The position numbers were made by a program, and so were the translations under genes. Shown here piece after piece: positions 1-9,083 of a DNA stretch of 46,494 nucleotides (positions within the stretch are counted from its first letter, which is position 1; each line of letters begins with the position of its first letter). This DNA is from Halobacteriaceae archaeon (GTDB lineage Archaea > Halobacteriota > Halobacteria > Halobacteriales > Halobacteriaceae), in contig JBDGTS010000030.1 in NCBI GenBank assembly GCA_042216675.1, positions 1 through 46,494 on the forward strand, given 5' to 3'. Under the pieces are notes generated by a model. That model was not told the origin of the DNA. It worked only from the letters and a program-made list of their open reading frames with translations, and did not search any database.

Positions 1-53
1 CCCTCGACCTATTCCTTACGAAGGAATCGCTCTCCCAGCTGAGCTACACCGGC
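1..53 (-). tRNA. tRNA-Thr(CGU), 5' part; 3' end runs off the window
   Basis: Reverse complement reads GCCGGTG-TA-GCTCAGCTGGGAGAGC (D arm)-G-ATTCC-TT CGT AA-GGAAT (anticodon arm)-AGGTC-GAGGG (start of T stem). Anticodon CGT at 18-20; no intron in the anticodon loop. Confidence 0.93.
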
Positions 54-97
54 GCGACACCACACAGTATCCGGATTACCGGGATAAGGGTTGCGAA

Positions 98-1078
98 TCA
101 GCGCCGCAGTCGCACGTCGAGACAGACGTTCAGTTCGTGGGGCGCGTAGGAGCGCACGACGTGTCGCGTTTGGACCTCGACGTCGTACGCTGGTTCTGCG
201 GCCGCTCGAATCGCCGCCTCGCCCGGTCCGAACATGTCATCCTCGTGCTGAATGTCGTAGTAGTGGAGCGTGGAGTCGTCGCTCGCGAGGGTCACGGCGC
301 TGTCGAGGAACTCGTCTGCGGAGTGCGGGAGGTTCATCACCACCCGGTCGGCCCAGTCCGTGTACTCCGGCGCCACCTCGCGCACGTCGCCCTCGATAGC
401 CGTCACGCGGTCCGCGACGCCGTTGCGCTCGGCGTTCTCGCGGAGCCACCGGACGGCGGCGGGATTCACGTCGACGCCCACCACCGCCGCGCCGCGCGCG
501 GCGAAGGGGACGACGAACGGGCCCACGCCGGCGAACATGTCGAAGGCGTGTTCGCCCGACTCGACGTGCTCGGCGACGCGGTGGCGCTCCGTCGCGAGGC
601 GGGGCGAGAAGTACACCTCCGCGATGTCGAGGGCGAACTCGTGGCCGTACTCGCGGTGGACCGCCTCGGTGCCGTCGCCGGCCAGCACCTCCCAGTCGCG
701 TACTCGCGTCTCGCCTTTGACCTTCGAGGCGCGGTTGACCACCGTCTTCGAGGGGATGGCCGACTCCATGATGGCGTCGGCGATTCGGGCGGCCCGCTCC
801 GGGTCGTCCTCGTCCACGATGACCACGTCGCCGAGTCGCTCGTAGGTGGGGTCGAAGCCCAACAGGTCGGCGGGCATCGTCTGCGTCTCCCGTTCGGCCA
901 CGTCGTGAGTCACCACGTCGAGGTCCGCGGGGACGGCTGTCGGGTCGGTGACGGGGACGTAGAGGAAGCCGTCCTCGGCCGCGATGTCCAGCCCCCGGTC
1001 CACGAGGTCCGCGGCCGCGAGGCGGCGACGCGTCTCCTCGCCCTCCTCGCGGGGCACGCGGACGCAGGGCGCTTCCAT
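98..1078 (-). CDS. trm5: tRNA (guanine-37 N1) methyltransferase, Trm5/Met-10+ family
   Basis: YFSPRLATER, DMFAGVGPF SAM motif, VVMNLP, HYY motifs. Start moved to the ATG at 1078 (MEAPCV). Confidence 0.85.
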   Translation of the reverse strand: MEAPCVRVPREEGEETRRRLAAADLVDRGLDIAAEDGFLYVPVTDPTAVPADLDVVTHDVAERETQTMPADLLGFDPTYERLGDVVIVDEDDPERAARIADAIMESAIPSKTVVNRASKVKGETRVRDWEVLAGDGTEAVHREYGHEFALDIAEVYFSPRLATERHRVAEHVESGEHAFDMFAGVGPFVVPFAARGAAVVGVDVNPAAVRWLRENAERNGVADRVTAIEGDVREVAPEYTDWADRVVMNLPHSADEFLDSAVTLASDDSTLHYYDIQHEDDMFGPGEAAIRAAAEPAYDVEVQTRHVVRSYAPHELNVCLDVRLRR

Positions 1079-1100
1079 ACCCGACCGACGACGGCGCGAG

Positions 1101-1122
1101 CGGTAAGGCTGACGTTTTAACG
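1101..1122. promoter_or_regulatory. Divergent TATA-like elements for trm5 and dph5 (leaderless)
   Basis: TTTTAA at 1115-1120, about 23 nt before the dph5 ATG. CCTTAC on the minus strand at 1103-1108, about 25 nt before the trm5 ATG. Confidence 0.55.
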
Positions 1123-1142
1123 CCGCGGCCCCACGCTCGGAT

Positions 1143-1946
1143 ATGCTCACGTTCATCGGCCTCGGTCTCTACGACGAGCGCTCGATTACCGTCGCCGGCC
1201 GCGATGCGCTCAGGGACGCGGACCGCGTGTTCGCGGAGTTCTACACCAGTCGCCTCGTCGGCGCCGACGTGGACGCCCTCCAAGCCCACCACGGCGTCGA
1301 CGTCGAGGTGCGCGACCGCGCGGGCGTCGAACAGCACCCGGAGCCGATTCTGGACGCCGCCGAGACGGGGGACGTCGCCTTCCTCACCGCGGGCGACACG
1401 ATGATTTCGACGACGCACGTGGACCTCCGTCTCCGAGCGCAGGAGCGCGGCGTCGAGACGCGCCTCGTCCACGGTCCCACCGCCTCCTCTGCCGCGAGTG
1501 GCCTCACTGGCCTGCAGAACTACCGCTTTGGCAAGGCGACGACCCTCCCGTTTCCCGCGGCCCACGGCGGCGACGGGATTCCCGGCTCCGTTGCCGACAC
1601 CATCGACGCGAACCGGGAGCGGGGCCTCCACACCCTCGTCTACCTCGACATCAAGGTGGGCGAGGAGCGCGTCGGCGACGCGGAGACGGACCGGTACATG
1701 ACCGCATCGGAGGCGGCGGACCTGCTGGCCACCCACTACGACGATACGCTCGGCGTGGCCGTCGCCCGCGCCGGGAGCCCGGACCCCGTCGTCGCCGCGG
1801 ACCGACTCTCGGCGCTCGCGGACCGGGACTTCGGCGCCCCACTCCACATGCTCGTCGTGCCGGGAGAGTTACACGTCATCGAGGCCGACGCGCTCCGCGC
1901 CTTCGGCGACGCGCCGGACGAACTCGTCACCGAGCGGACAGTGTAG
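1143..1946 (+). CDS. dph5: Diphthine synthase
   Basis: MLTFIGLGL, EFYTS, GDTMISTTH, GLQNYRFGK, GLHTLVYLDIK motifs. Confidence 0.95.
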   Translation: MLTFIGLGLYDERSITVAGRDALRDADRVFAEFYTSRLVGADVDALQAHHGVDVEVRDRAGVEQHPEPILDAAETGDVAFLTAGDTMISTTHVDLRLRAQERGVETRLVHGPTASSAASGLTGLQNYRFGKATTLPFPAAHGGDGIPGSVADTIDANRERGLHTLVYLDIKVGEERVGDAETDRYMTASEAADLLATHYDDTLGVAVARAGSPDPVVAADRLSALADRDFGAPLHMLVVPGELHVIEADALRAFGDAPDELVTERTV

Positions 1947-2020
1947 GGAGGACCGCTGGATATAACTGCGGCGGTCCGTAATGGTCTTTCAGATCCGACG
2001 TGGGGGTCGGCGGATTCACG

Positions 2021-2419
2021 ATGTCAGGGGGCACACTCGAGGTTTCGGGGCGACTGGAGCGCTTCCTCAGGTTCGGCGCCGTCGGTACCTCGGCGTTCGT
2101 CGTCAATCTCGTCGCGTTCGCGGCGCTCGCACCCGTCATCTGGTCCATCGCGGCCGCGACGGTGTCGTGGTTCGTCGCGACGTTCTCCAGCTACAACCTG
2201 AATCGCCTGTTCACGTTCACCGAGTGCGACACCGACTACGTGCGGGGGTGGCTCCGCCACCTCTCCGTCTACACAGTGGGCTTCGTCGTCTACGTCGTCG
2301 CCCTCGTCACCGTCGGCCTCGTCACCGGGCAGTACGTCGCGCTCACCGTCGCCGTCGGCCTTGGCGGTGTGGCGAACTTCGTCGGGAGCGAGTTCTGGGT
2401 CTTCGACGTCGGGACGTAG
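2021..2419 (+). CDS. GtrA family 4-TM membrane protein (lipid-linked sugar flippase-like)
   Basis: RFLRFGAVG...VN, SYNLNRLFTF, ANFVGSEFWVF are GtrA hallmarks. ATG at 2021. Confidence 0.8.
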   Translation: MSGGTLEVSGRLERFLRFGAVGTSAFVVNLVAFAALAPVIWSIAAATVSWFVATFSSYNLNRLFTFTECDTDYVRGWLRHLSVYTVGFVVYVVALVTVGLVTGQYVALTVAVGLGGVANFVGSEFWVFDVGT

Positions 2420-3184
2420 TCACCGGCGCACGACTTCGATTTCGTGGCCGTCTGCGTCCTTGGTGAACGCGTAGTTGAACTCACAGGACTCGGGGTCGCG
2501 GTAATCTTCGGCCTCGCGTTCCATCAGCGTCTCCCACATCTCTTCGAGCGAGGACTCCTCGGCGCGCACGGCGATGTGGCCCCACGCGTCGCCCATCTCG
2601 TAGGTGCGCCCGTCGTAGTTGTAGGTCAGTTCGACCGACATCGCCTCCTCGGGCGCCCCCTCGGGCTTCATGAAGTAGTTCGCGAACGTGTCGGCCTCCC
2701 AGCGGCCCGTGTGCTCGTACTCCAGTTTGCGGAGATACCAGCCGAGTGCCGCGTCGGCGTCCTCGACGCGAATCATGGTGTGGTCGAGGCTGAACGGCGC
2801 GCCGTGGTCGCGCTCCACGAGTTCGATTTCGTGGCCGTCCGGGTCTTTGACGAAGGCGTAGGAGCCACCACAGGAGTCGGGGTCGCGGTAGTCCTCGACG
2901 CCCTCGTCCATCAGTTCCTCGTAGGCCTCGTGTACGTCGTCGACGCGCACGGCGATGTGGCCCCACGCGTCGCCCATCTCGTAGGTCCGGTCGTCGTGGT
3001 TGTACGTGAGTTCGAGGAGCGCGCCGTCCTCGTGGACGTCTTCGGGACCGAGGAAGACGAGCGTGAAGGTGTCGTGCTCGCTCCGACTGTGGACTGTGTA
3101 GTCGAGGTGGTCGGTGTACCAGTCCACGGCCGCTTCGAGGTCTTCCACGCGGATCATCGTGTGGTCGAGAATGCCGTCCGTCAT
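2420..3184 (-). CDS. Two-domain VOC family protein (lactoylglutathione lyase/glyoxalase I-like)
   Basis: Two copies of LDHTMIRVED...ELTYN...MGDAWGHIAVR...YAF.KD.DGHEIE. Confidence 0.88.
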   Translation of the reverse strand: MTDGILDHTMIRVEDLEAAVDWYTDHLDYTVHSRSEHDTFTLVFLGPEDVHEDGALLELTYNHDDRTYEMGDAWGHIAVRVDDVHEAYEELMDEGVEDYRDPDSCGGSYAFVKDPDGHEIELVERDHGAPFSLDHTMIRVEDADAALGWYLRKLEYEHTGRWEADTFANYFMKPEGAPEEAMSVELTYNYDGRTYEMGDAWGHIAVRAEESSLEEMWETLMEREAEDYRDPESCEFNYAFTKDADGHEIEVVRR

Positions 3185-3244
3185 GTGCGTTCAATCCGCC
3201 ACGGCGGGCAAAACAGTAACGGAGGCGGGCATCGCGGCCGGAAC

Positions 3245-3652
3245 TCAGCGGCGGTAGAGCGACCACGCGGCGACGGCCCACAGCGCGACGGTCCCGGTCG
3301 GGTAGGCTGTCCGCCCGGGTTGGACCGAGAACCCCGTCGAGACGTCGAGCGCCGCGCCGCCCGCGACGGCGAGGAGGCCCGCGGTCACGCGTGCGTCGTC
3401 GTGGTCGGTGAGAGCGCCCACGGTGGCGGACGCGAGCGCCGTCAGCCAGAGGCCGACCGAGAGCGGCCACGACTCGATGTAGGCGGGGAGGCCGCTCGTG
3501 GCGTCGAGAAAGCCGGGGAGCGTGGTCACCGAGAGCGGGTCGAGTCCGAGCAGGCCCCACGCGAAGACGACGGAGACGGCGCCGCTCGCGTACGTCTGGA
3601 CCGACCACGGGACGGCCGCCAGCGCCGCCACTGCGAGGGCGCGCCGCGTCAC
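3245..3652 (-). CDS. Haloarchaeal small membrane protein (TIGR04206-like)
   Basis: Hydrophobic 135 aa with VPWS, FAWG and P.GT motifs. GTG start overlaps the DRG stop (GTGA). Confidence 0.65.
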   Translation of the reverse strand: MTRRALAVAALAAVPWSVQTYASGAVSVVFAWGLLGLDPLSVTTLPGFLDATSGLPAYIESWPLSVGLWLTALASATVGALTDHDDARVTAGLLAVAGGAALDVSTGFSVQPGRTAYPTGTVALWAVAAWSLYRR

Positions 3653-4758
3653 TTTCGGACGTTGATGCGCAACACGTCCTCGTCTTCGAGGACGTGGTCA
3701 CGGCCGACCTGTTGCCCCTCGTGCTTCGCGCTCGGTCCGGTGACGCGGGCGAACTGGAAGCGCTCCTCGAAGTCGCCGCCGAGTTTCCGGCAGGCGTCCT
3801 CGACGGTGGCCCCGTGTTCGAGGACCAGCGGTTCCTCGTAGTCCACGCCGCGCCCCGGCTTGTCCATGTAGACGCGGATGAGGTCGAGTTCCGCCCAGAT
3901 GCGCTCCTTGAGGGCGTCGAGACCCTTCTCCTCCTCGGCGCTGATGAACACCGCGTCGTCGGGGTCGATGTCCCGTTCGCGGAGTTCCTCCTTGACCGTC
4001 TCGGCGTACTCCTCGTCGAGCAAGTCGGCCTTGTTGACCGTCACGAAGGAGGGGAGGTAGACGCGATTGGCCATCACGCCGTCGACGAGTCGGTCGATGT
4101 CCAGTTCCTCGCGGATGGCCACGTCGGCGTTGACCACGCCGTACTCGCGGAGGACCTCGCGGACCGTCTCGTGGTCCAAGTCGAGTTCGTCGGGCGCGTT
4201 CACGTCGATGCCGCCTTTCCCCTTGCGTGAGACGCGGACCGACGGTGGCTCCTGGTCGAGGCGAATCTTGTTCTGGTACAGTTCCTCCCGCAAGCGGTCG
4301 TAGGACTCGATTTCGAACGCCGAGAGGACGAAAATCACGAGGTCCGCGGTCCGCACGACGGACAGCACCTCTTGGCCGCCGCCGGCGCCGCCCGCCGCGC
4401 CGGAGATGAGTCCCGGCACGTCGAGCAACTGGATGTTCGCGCCGTTGTAGCGCATCATCCCGGGGTTGACCTCCAGCGTCGTGAACGCGTACTGCCCCAC
4501 CTCGCTCTCGGCGTTGGTGAGGGCGTTCACGAGCGTCGACTTGCCGACGCTGGGGAAGCCGACGAGCGCCACCGTGGCGTCGCCCGTCTGCTCGACGGCG
4601 TAGCCCTGCCCGCCGCCGCTCCCGGACTGCTGTTCCAGTTTCTCCTTTTTCTCCGCGAGCTTCGCCTTCAGGCGGCCGATGTGGGCCTCTGTGGACTTGT
4701 TGTACGGCGTCTGCCGTATTTCCTCGCGCAGGTCTTCGATTTCGTCCTCCAGCCCCAT
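3649..4758 (-). CDS. drg: DRG/Rbg1-type OBG-family GTPase with TGS domain
   Basis: NKSTEAHIGRLKAKLA, GFPSVGKST, YAFTT, DVPG, NKAD; C-terminal VTGPSAKHEGQQVG TGS domain. Confidence 0.93.
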   Translation of the reverse strand: MGLEDEIEDLREEIRQTPYNKSTEAHIGRLKAKLAEKKEKLEQQSGSGGGQGYAVEQTGDATVALVGFPSVGKSTLVNALTNAESEVGQYAFTTLEVNPGMMRYNGANIQLLDVPGLISGAAGGAGGGQEVLSVVRTADLVIFVLSAFEIESYDRLREELYQNKIRLDQEPPSVRVSRKGKGGIDVNAPDELDLDHETVREVLREYGVVNADVAIREELDIDRLVDGVMANRVYLPSFVTVNKADLLDEEYAETVKEELRERDIDPDDAVFISAEEEKGLDALKERIWAELDLIRVYMDKPGRGVDYEEPLVLEHGATVEDACRKLGGDFEERFQFARVTGPSAKHEGQQVGRDHVLEDEDVLRINVRK

Positions 4759-4855
4759 CGCTCCCTGCTAGGAGTCCGTCCCCGAAAACCCCTTTCGTTC
4801 GCCGGCTGACGCGGTTCCGGCACCTTAATAAATCATCATACCAAATTAGTGAGTG

Positions 4856-5056
4856 ATGCCCGACGTCGCCACCCTGCGCGACAGCACGCAGATCGAACTC
4901 CCCCGGCAGACCCTCGACGAGGCAGACGTCTGTCTCGAATCGGAGTTCGTCGTCACCGTGTTCCGAGAGGGCGACGTCACACGCGTCATCGGGAGCCCCG
5001 TCGAAATCAAGCGCGTCTCCGACTTCCTCGCGCGCAACGGGGTCAGTCTCCGATAG
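4856..5056 (+). CDS. Conserved small haloarchaeal protein (VNG_1110C-like), normally upstream of rpl11
   Basis: LRDSTQI...RVIGSPVEIK...FLARNG signature. TTAATAAAT promoter-like element at about 4826-4834. Confidence 0.75.
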   Translation: MPDVATLRDSTQIELPRQTLDEADVCLESEFVVTVFREGDVTRVIGSPVEIKRVSDFLARNGVSLR

Positions 5057-5456
5057 CGCGTTCCGGATTTGCGTCGCGGATCACCATGTTCTTCACCCGA
5101 CGCACGCCGTCGAAGTCGCGGAGCCGATAGGTCAGTTCGCGCACTCGTCCGACCTCACCGCGGCAGAACAGGGCTTCGAGACACCACTCGCCCTGATGGG
5201 TGTGGCTGGTGTTGAGGATGACGTCCTGGTACTCGTGTTGCACGCCGTGGAGGTCCGCAATCACGTCGTGGTGGCGGTAGTCGAAGGAGACGAGGGCCAC
5301 CACGTCGCCGGAGAACTCCTCCAGACGGGTGTGTGCCTCGACGTGCTCCCGCATCGCCTCCCTCACCGCCCGCGAGCGGTTGTCTATTCCCTCGTCTCGC
5401 CACACCCGGTCGAACTCCGCGACGAGGTCGTTCGGGACGTTGAAACTCGTTCGCAT
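5043..5456 (-). CDS. nikR: Nickel-responsive regulator, NikR family
   Basis: N-terminal RHH (RTSFNVP...NRSRAVREAMR) and Ni ligands QH...HTH.....C (QHEYQDVILNTSHTHQGEWCLE). Confidence 0.85.
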   Translation of the reverse strand: MRTSFNVPNDLVAEFDRVWRDEGIDNRSRAVREAMREHVEAHTRLEEFSGDVVALVSFDYRHHDVIADLHGVQHEYQDVILNTSHTHQGEWCLEALFCRGEVGRVRELTYRLRDFDGVRRVKNMVIRDANPERAIGD

Positions 5457-5492
5457 GCGTGCCCCCTCGTCGCCCGCCCACGAGAGCCCCGA

Positions 5493-5533
5493 TTATGACG
5501 CCCGCCCCCCTCGGGTATTAACAATCGTTATTC
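5493..5533. promoter_or_regulatory. Candidate NikR operator / divergent promoter
   Basis: TTATGAC-N15-GTATTAA (5493-5521) resembles the GTATGA-N16-TCATAC NikR box. It overlaps the TAAC-aatc-GTTA dyad (5519-5530) in the only AT-rich part of the intergenic region. Confidence 0.4.
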
Positions 5534-5560
5534 ACTCCCCTCGCGGACTGTGGGCCGACG

Positions 5561-6301
5561 ATGTTGCACGGCGACGCGTTCGGTCTTCTGGTTGGGGCCG
5601 TCGCCCTCGGGGCCGTCCACGGCATCGAACCGGGCCACGGCTGGCCCGTCGCCGCGTCCTACGCCCTCGACAAGCGAAACGAGTGGGCCTACGGCTTCGC
5701 GGCGAGTCTCATCCTCGGCGTCGGCCACCTCGTGAGCAGTATCGCGATGGCGGCCGTCTTCTTCTACGCGAAGGATTACTTCGAGTTGACGCAACTCAAC
5801 GAGCCACTCACGGTGCTCGAAGACGTCCACATCGGCGGCCCGGTCAGCGTCGTGGCGGGCGTCCTCTTGGTCGCTCTCGGGGTTCGAGAGTACCGACACG
5901 GGCACTCACACGGGCACGACCACGGCCATACCCACGACGACCACGACCACGGCCATACCCACGACGACCACGACCACGGCCATACCCACGACGACCACGA
6001 CCACGACGAGGCCGCCGACCGGGGGCTCCTCGGCATCGCGTGGTTCGCCTTCCTGCTCGGGTTCGCGCACGAGGAGGAGTTCGAGATAATCGCGCTCTGC
6101 GCGGGGTCGGCTCACTGCCTCGAACTGATGTCCGCGTACGCGCTCACGGTCATCCTCGGCATCGTCGGCCTGACGATGTTGCTCATCGCCGGCTACCGGA
6201 ACTACGAGGCGCGCGTGGAGCGGTACACCCCCTACCTCCCGCTGTTCTCCGCAGTCGTCCTCGTCCTCATGGGCCTCGGCTTCGTCACGGGCCTGCTCTG
6301 A
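5561..6301 (+). CDS. Ni/Co transporter, RcnA/NiCoT/UreH-like, with His/Asp-rich loop
   Basis: GAVHGIEPGHGW TM1 motif, about 6 TM segments, central (HDHGHTHDD)n loop, GFAHEEE. Confidence 0.82.
   Translation: MLHGDAFGLLVGAVALGAVHGIEPGHGWPVAASYALDKRNEWAYGFAASLILGVGHLVSSIAMAAVFFYAKDYFELTQLNEPLTVLEDVHIGGPVSVVAGVLLVALGVREYRHGHSHGHDHGHTHDDHDHGHTHDDHDHGHTHDDHDHDEAADRGLLGIAWFAFLLGFAHEEEFEIIALCAGSAHCLELMSAYALTVILGIVGLTMLLIAGYRNYEARVERYTPYLPLFSAVVLVLMGLGFVTGLL
5915..6005 (+). repeat. Perfect 27-bp coding tandem repeat, 3 copies plus a 10-bp partial
   Basis: CACGACCACGGCCATACCCACGACGAC at 5915, 5942 and 5969, partial at 5996. Encodes HDHGHTHDD. Confidence 0.95.
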
Positions 6302-6362
6302 GTGGGCGTCGGGGAGCCGCCGAAAGGCAATTCTTAAAACCGCGGCGCGACTTTCGGTGGGT

Positions 6363-6854
6363 ATGGCTGAAACTATCGAGGTGCTCGTCCCCGGCGGCCA
6401 GGCGACACCCGGTCCGCCCCTCGGCCCCGAACTCGGGCCGACGCCGGTCGACGTGCAGGCTGTCGTCGAACAGATCAACGAGGAGACTGCCGCCTTCGAC
6501 GGCACCGAAGTTCCGGTGACCGTCACCTACGAGGAGGACGGCTCCTTCGAAATCGAGGTCGGCGTCCCGCCGACGGCGGCCCTCATCAAGGACGAGGCCG
6601 GCTTCGAGACGGGCAGCGGCGAACCTCAGTCGAACTTCGTCGCCGACCTCTCCATCGACCAACTCGTCCAGATTGCAGAGCAAAAGCAGTCCGACCTGCT
6701 CTCCTACGACGTGCGCAACGCCGCGAAGGAAGTCGCGGGGACGTGTGTCTCTCTCGGCGTCACCATCGAGGGCGAGGACCCCCGCGAGTTCTCGGAGCGC
6801 GTCGAAGCCGGCGAGTACGACGAGGCGCTCGGCGAGGAAGTGCAGGCCGCGTAA
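6363..6854 (+). CDS. rpl11: 50S ribosomal protein L11 (uL11)
   Basis: GGQATPGPPLGPELGP, VGVPPTAALIK. TCTTAAAA TATA box at about 6332-6339. Confidence 0.97.
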   Translation: MAETIEVLVPGGQATPGPPLGPELGPTPVDVQAVVEQINEETAAFDGTEVPVTVTYEEDGSFEIEVGVPPTAALIKDEAGFETGSGEPQSNFVADLSIDQLVQIAEQKQSDLLSYDVRNAAKEVAGTCVSLGVTIEGEDPREFSERVEAGEYDEALGEEVQAA

Positions 6855-6860
6855 CGACGA

Positions 6861-6956
6861 CTTTAAGTTCTACTTGGGCGTGTCCTGAAACGAGACAGGC
6901 ACCGCCTGTTTCACTGACCCGTAGTAGACCGCAGGGTCGCACTACGGAGGTGAAAG
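6861..6956 (+). promoter_or_regulatory. Internal promoter and structured 5' leader of the rpl1-rpl10-rpl12 mRNA
   Basis: CTTTAAG TATA (6861-6867); hairpin GAGACAGGC-ACC-GCCTGTTTC (6892-6912); hairpin CCGTAGT..GACC-GCAG-GGTC..ACTACGG (6919-6947) overlapping SD GGAGGTGA (6946-6953). Confidence 0.7.
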
Positions 6957-7598
6957 ATGGCAGAAAACGACATTGCCGATGCTGTCGAGCGCGCACTCGA
7001 CGAGGCGCCGGACCGGAACTTCCGGGAGACGGTGGACCTCGCGATCAATCTGCGTGACCTCGACCTCAACGACCCGTCGAATCGTATAGACGAGGGCGTC
7101 GTACTCCCGGCCGGCACCGGTCAGGACACGACGATTGTCGTCTTCGCGACTGGCGAGACTGCAGTCCGCGCCGAGGACGTCGCCGACGACGTTCTCGACG
7201 ACGACGACCTCGAAGAACTCGGTGACGACGACGACGCCGCGAAGGACCTTGCCGACGAAACGGACTTCTTCGTGGCCGAGGCCAGCCTGATGCAGGACAT
7301 CGGGCGCTACCTCGGGACCGTGCTGGGTCCGCGTGGCAAGATGCCAACGCCGCTCCAGCCCGACGACGACGTCGTCGAAGTCGTCAACCGGATGAAAAAC
7401 ACCGTCCAGATCCGCTCCGGTGACCGCCGCACGTTCCACACGCGCGTCGGCGCCGAAGACATGGACGCCGAGGAGATTGCGGACAACGTGGACGTGATTC
7501 TCCGACGTCTCCACGCGGATCTCGACCGGGGGCCGCGCAACATCGACTCCGTCTACGTCAAGACGACGATGGGACCCTCCGTGGAGGTGTCCACATGA
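6957..7598 (+). CDS. rpl1: 50S ribosomal protein L1 (uL1)
   Basis: [28 protein letters not shown]. Confidence 0.97.
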   Translation: MAENDIADAVERALDEAPDRNFRETVDLAINLRDLDLNDPSNRIDEGVVLPAGTGQDTTIVVFATGETAVRAEDVADDVLDDDDLEELGDDDDAAKDLADETDFFVAEASLMQDIGRYLGTVLGPRGKMPTPLQPDDDVVEVVNRMKNTVQIRSGDRRTFHTRVGAEDMDAEEIADNVDVILRRLHADLDRGPRNIDSVYVKTTMGPSVEVST

Positions 7599-8641
7599 GC
7601 GAAGCCGAGACCCGCACGACCGACGTCATCCCGCAGTGGAAGCGCGAGGAAGTCGACGAAATCGTCGACCTCATCGAGTCCTACGACAGCGTCGGCGTCG
7701 TGGACGTCGCCGGCATTCCGAGCCGGCAGCTCCAGGACATGCGCCGCACGCTCCACGGCCGCGCGCAACTGCGCATCAGCCGCAACACGCTGGTCGTTCG
7801 CGCACTCGAGGAAGTCGACGAGGGCATCGAAGCGCTCGTCGACGACGTGACGGGGCAGGTGGGGCTCATCCTCACCAACGAGAACCCGTTCTCGCTCTAC
7901 CAGACCCTCGAAGACACGAAGACCAAGGCGCCCATCAACGCCGGCGAAGTCGCCCCCAGCGACATCGTCATCGAGGAGGGCGACACAGGCATCGACCCGG
8001 GCCCCTTCGTGGGCGAACTCCAAGGCGTCGGCGCGGACGCACGCATTCAGGAGGGGTCCATTCAGGTCCTCTCCGACAGCGTCGTCTGTGAGGCCGGCGA
8101 GGAAGTCACGCAGGACCTCGCGAACGTGCTGGGCGAACTCGGCATCGAGCCGAAGGAAGTCGGTCTCGACCTCCGCTCGGTGTACGCCGAGGGCGTCCTG
8201 TTCGAGGCCGAGGACCTCGCCATCGACGTCGAGGAGTACCGCGCGGACGTCGAGTCCGCGGCGGCCCGCGCGCGGAACCTCTCCGTCAACGCAGTCTACC
8301 CGACGGACCGCACCGCGGCGACGCTCCTCTCGAAGGCCCGCGGCGAGGCGAAGAGCCTCGGCCTGCAGGCCAGCATCGAGAGCCCGGACCTCGCCGACGA
8401 CCTCGTCAGCAAGGCCGACGCGCAGGTCCGTGCCCTCGCGGGCGCCATCGACGACGAGGAGGCGCTTCCCGAGGAACTCCGTGACGTGGCGGCGACGCCC
8501 GAGGAGACCGAGGAAGCGGAGGAACAGGCTGACGAAGACGAAGACGATGCCGACGAGGAACCCGCCGACGAGCCCGAATCGTCCGACGAGGACGAGGAGG
8601 AAGGCGACGGTGGCGACGCTCTCGGCGCGATGTTCGACTAA
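7595..8641 (+). CDS. rpl10: 50S ribosomal protein L10/P0 (uL10)
   Basis: [19 protein letters not shown], acidic tail ending ALGAMFD. ATGA overlap with rpl1. Confidence 0.97.
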   Translation: MSEAETRTTDVIPQWKREEVDEIVDLIESYDSVGVVDVAGIPSRQLQDMRRTLHGRAQLRISRNTLVVRALEEVDEGIEALVDDVTGQVGLILTNENPFSLYQTLEDTKTKAPINAGEVAPSDIVIEEGDTGIDPGPFVGELQGVGADARIQEGSIQVLSDSVVCEAGEEVTQDLANVLGELGIEPKEVGLDLRSVYAEGVLFEAEDLAIDVEEYRADVESAAARARNLSVNAVYPTDRTAATLLSKARGEAKSLGLQASIESPDLADDLVSKADAQVRALAGAIDDEEALPEELRDVAATPEETEEAEEQADEDEDDADEEPADEPESSDEDEEEGDGGDALGAMFD

Positions 8642-8657
8642 CTGAGGCGATACAACA

Positions 8658-8996
8658 ATGGAATACGTTTACGCAGCGCTCATCCTGCACGAGTCCGGCG
8701 AAGAGATCAACGAAGACAACCTGACGGACGTTCTCGACGCGGCCGGCGTCGACGTCGAGGAGTCCCGCGTGAAGGCCCTCGTCGCGGCCCTCGAAGACGT
8801 CGACATCGAGGACGCGGTCGAGCAGGCCGCCGCGGTCCCCGCCGGCGGTGCGGGCGGCGCCGCCGCCGAGGAGACCGAGGAAGCCGAAGAGGAAGCCGAA
8901 GAGGAAGCCGTCGAGGCCGCCGAAGAAGAGGACGAGGAAGCCGAAGAAGAGGACGAGGAGGCCAGCGGCGAAGGCCTCGGCGACCTCTTCGGGTAA
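8658..8996 (+). CDS. rpl12: 50S ribosomal stalk protein L12/aP1
   Basis: [20 protein letters not shown], Ala/Glu hinge, GLGDLFG end. Confidence 0.97.
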   Translation: MEYVYAALILHESGEEINEDNLTDVLDAAGVDVEESRVKALVAALEDVDIEDAVEQAAAVPAGGAGGAAAEETEEAEEEAEEEAVEAAEEEDEEAEEEDEEASGEGLGDLFG

Positions 8997-9083
8997 TCCC
9001 ACGCACAACTTCTCCCGTTTATCACGGCCGACCAGCGGCGGCGCCGCGGATTTAAGCACGGGAGCGCGGCCACTCCCGTCCGG

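Noticed and set aside
1-1078. tRNA as an integration site, or as the substrate of the adjacent Trm5
   Set aside because: No integrase or att duplication is visible, and the tRNA 3' end is outside the window. Position 37 of this tRNA is A, not G.
5915-6005. 27-bp repeats as a possible CRISPR array
   Set aside because: Head-to-tail with no spacers, in frame within a CDS, and no cas genes.
8877-8960. GAGGAAGCCGAA-type short repeats
   Set aside because: Ordinary Glu/Ala hinge of ribosomal protein L12.
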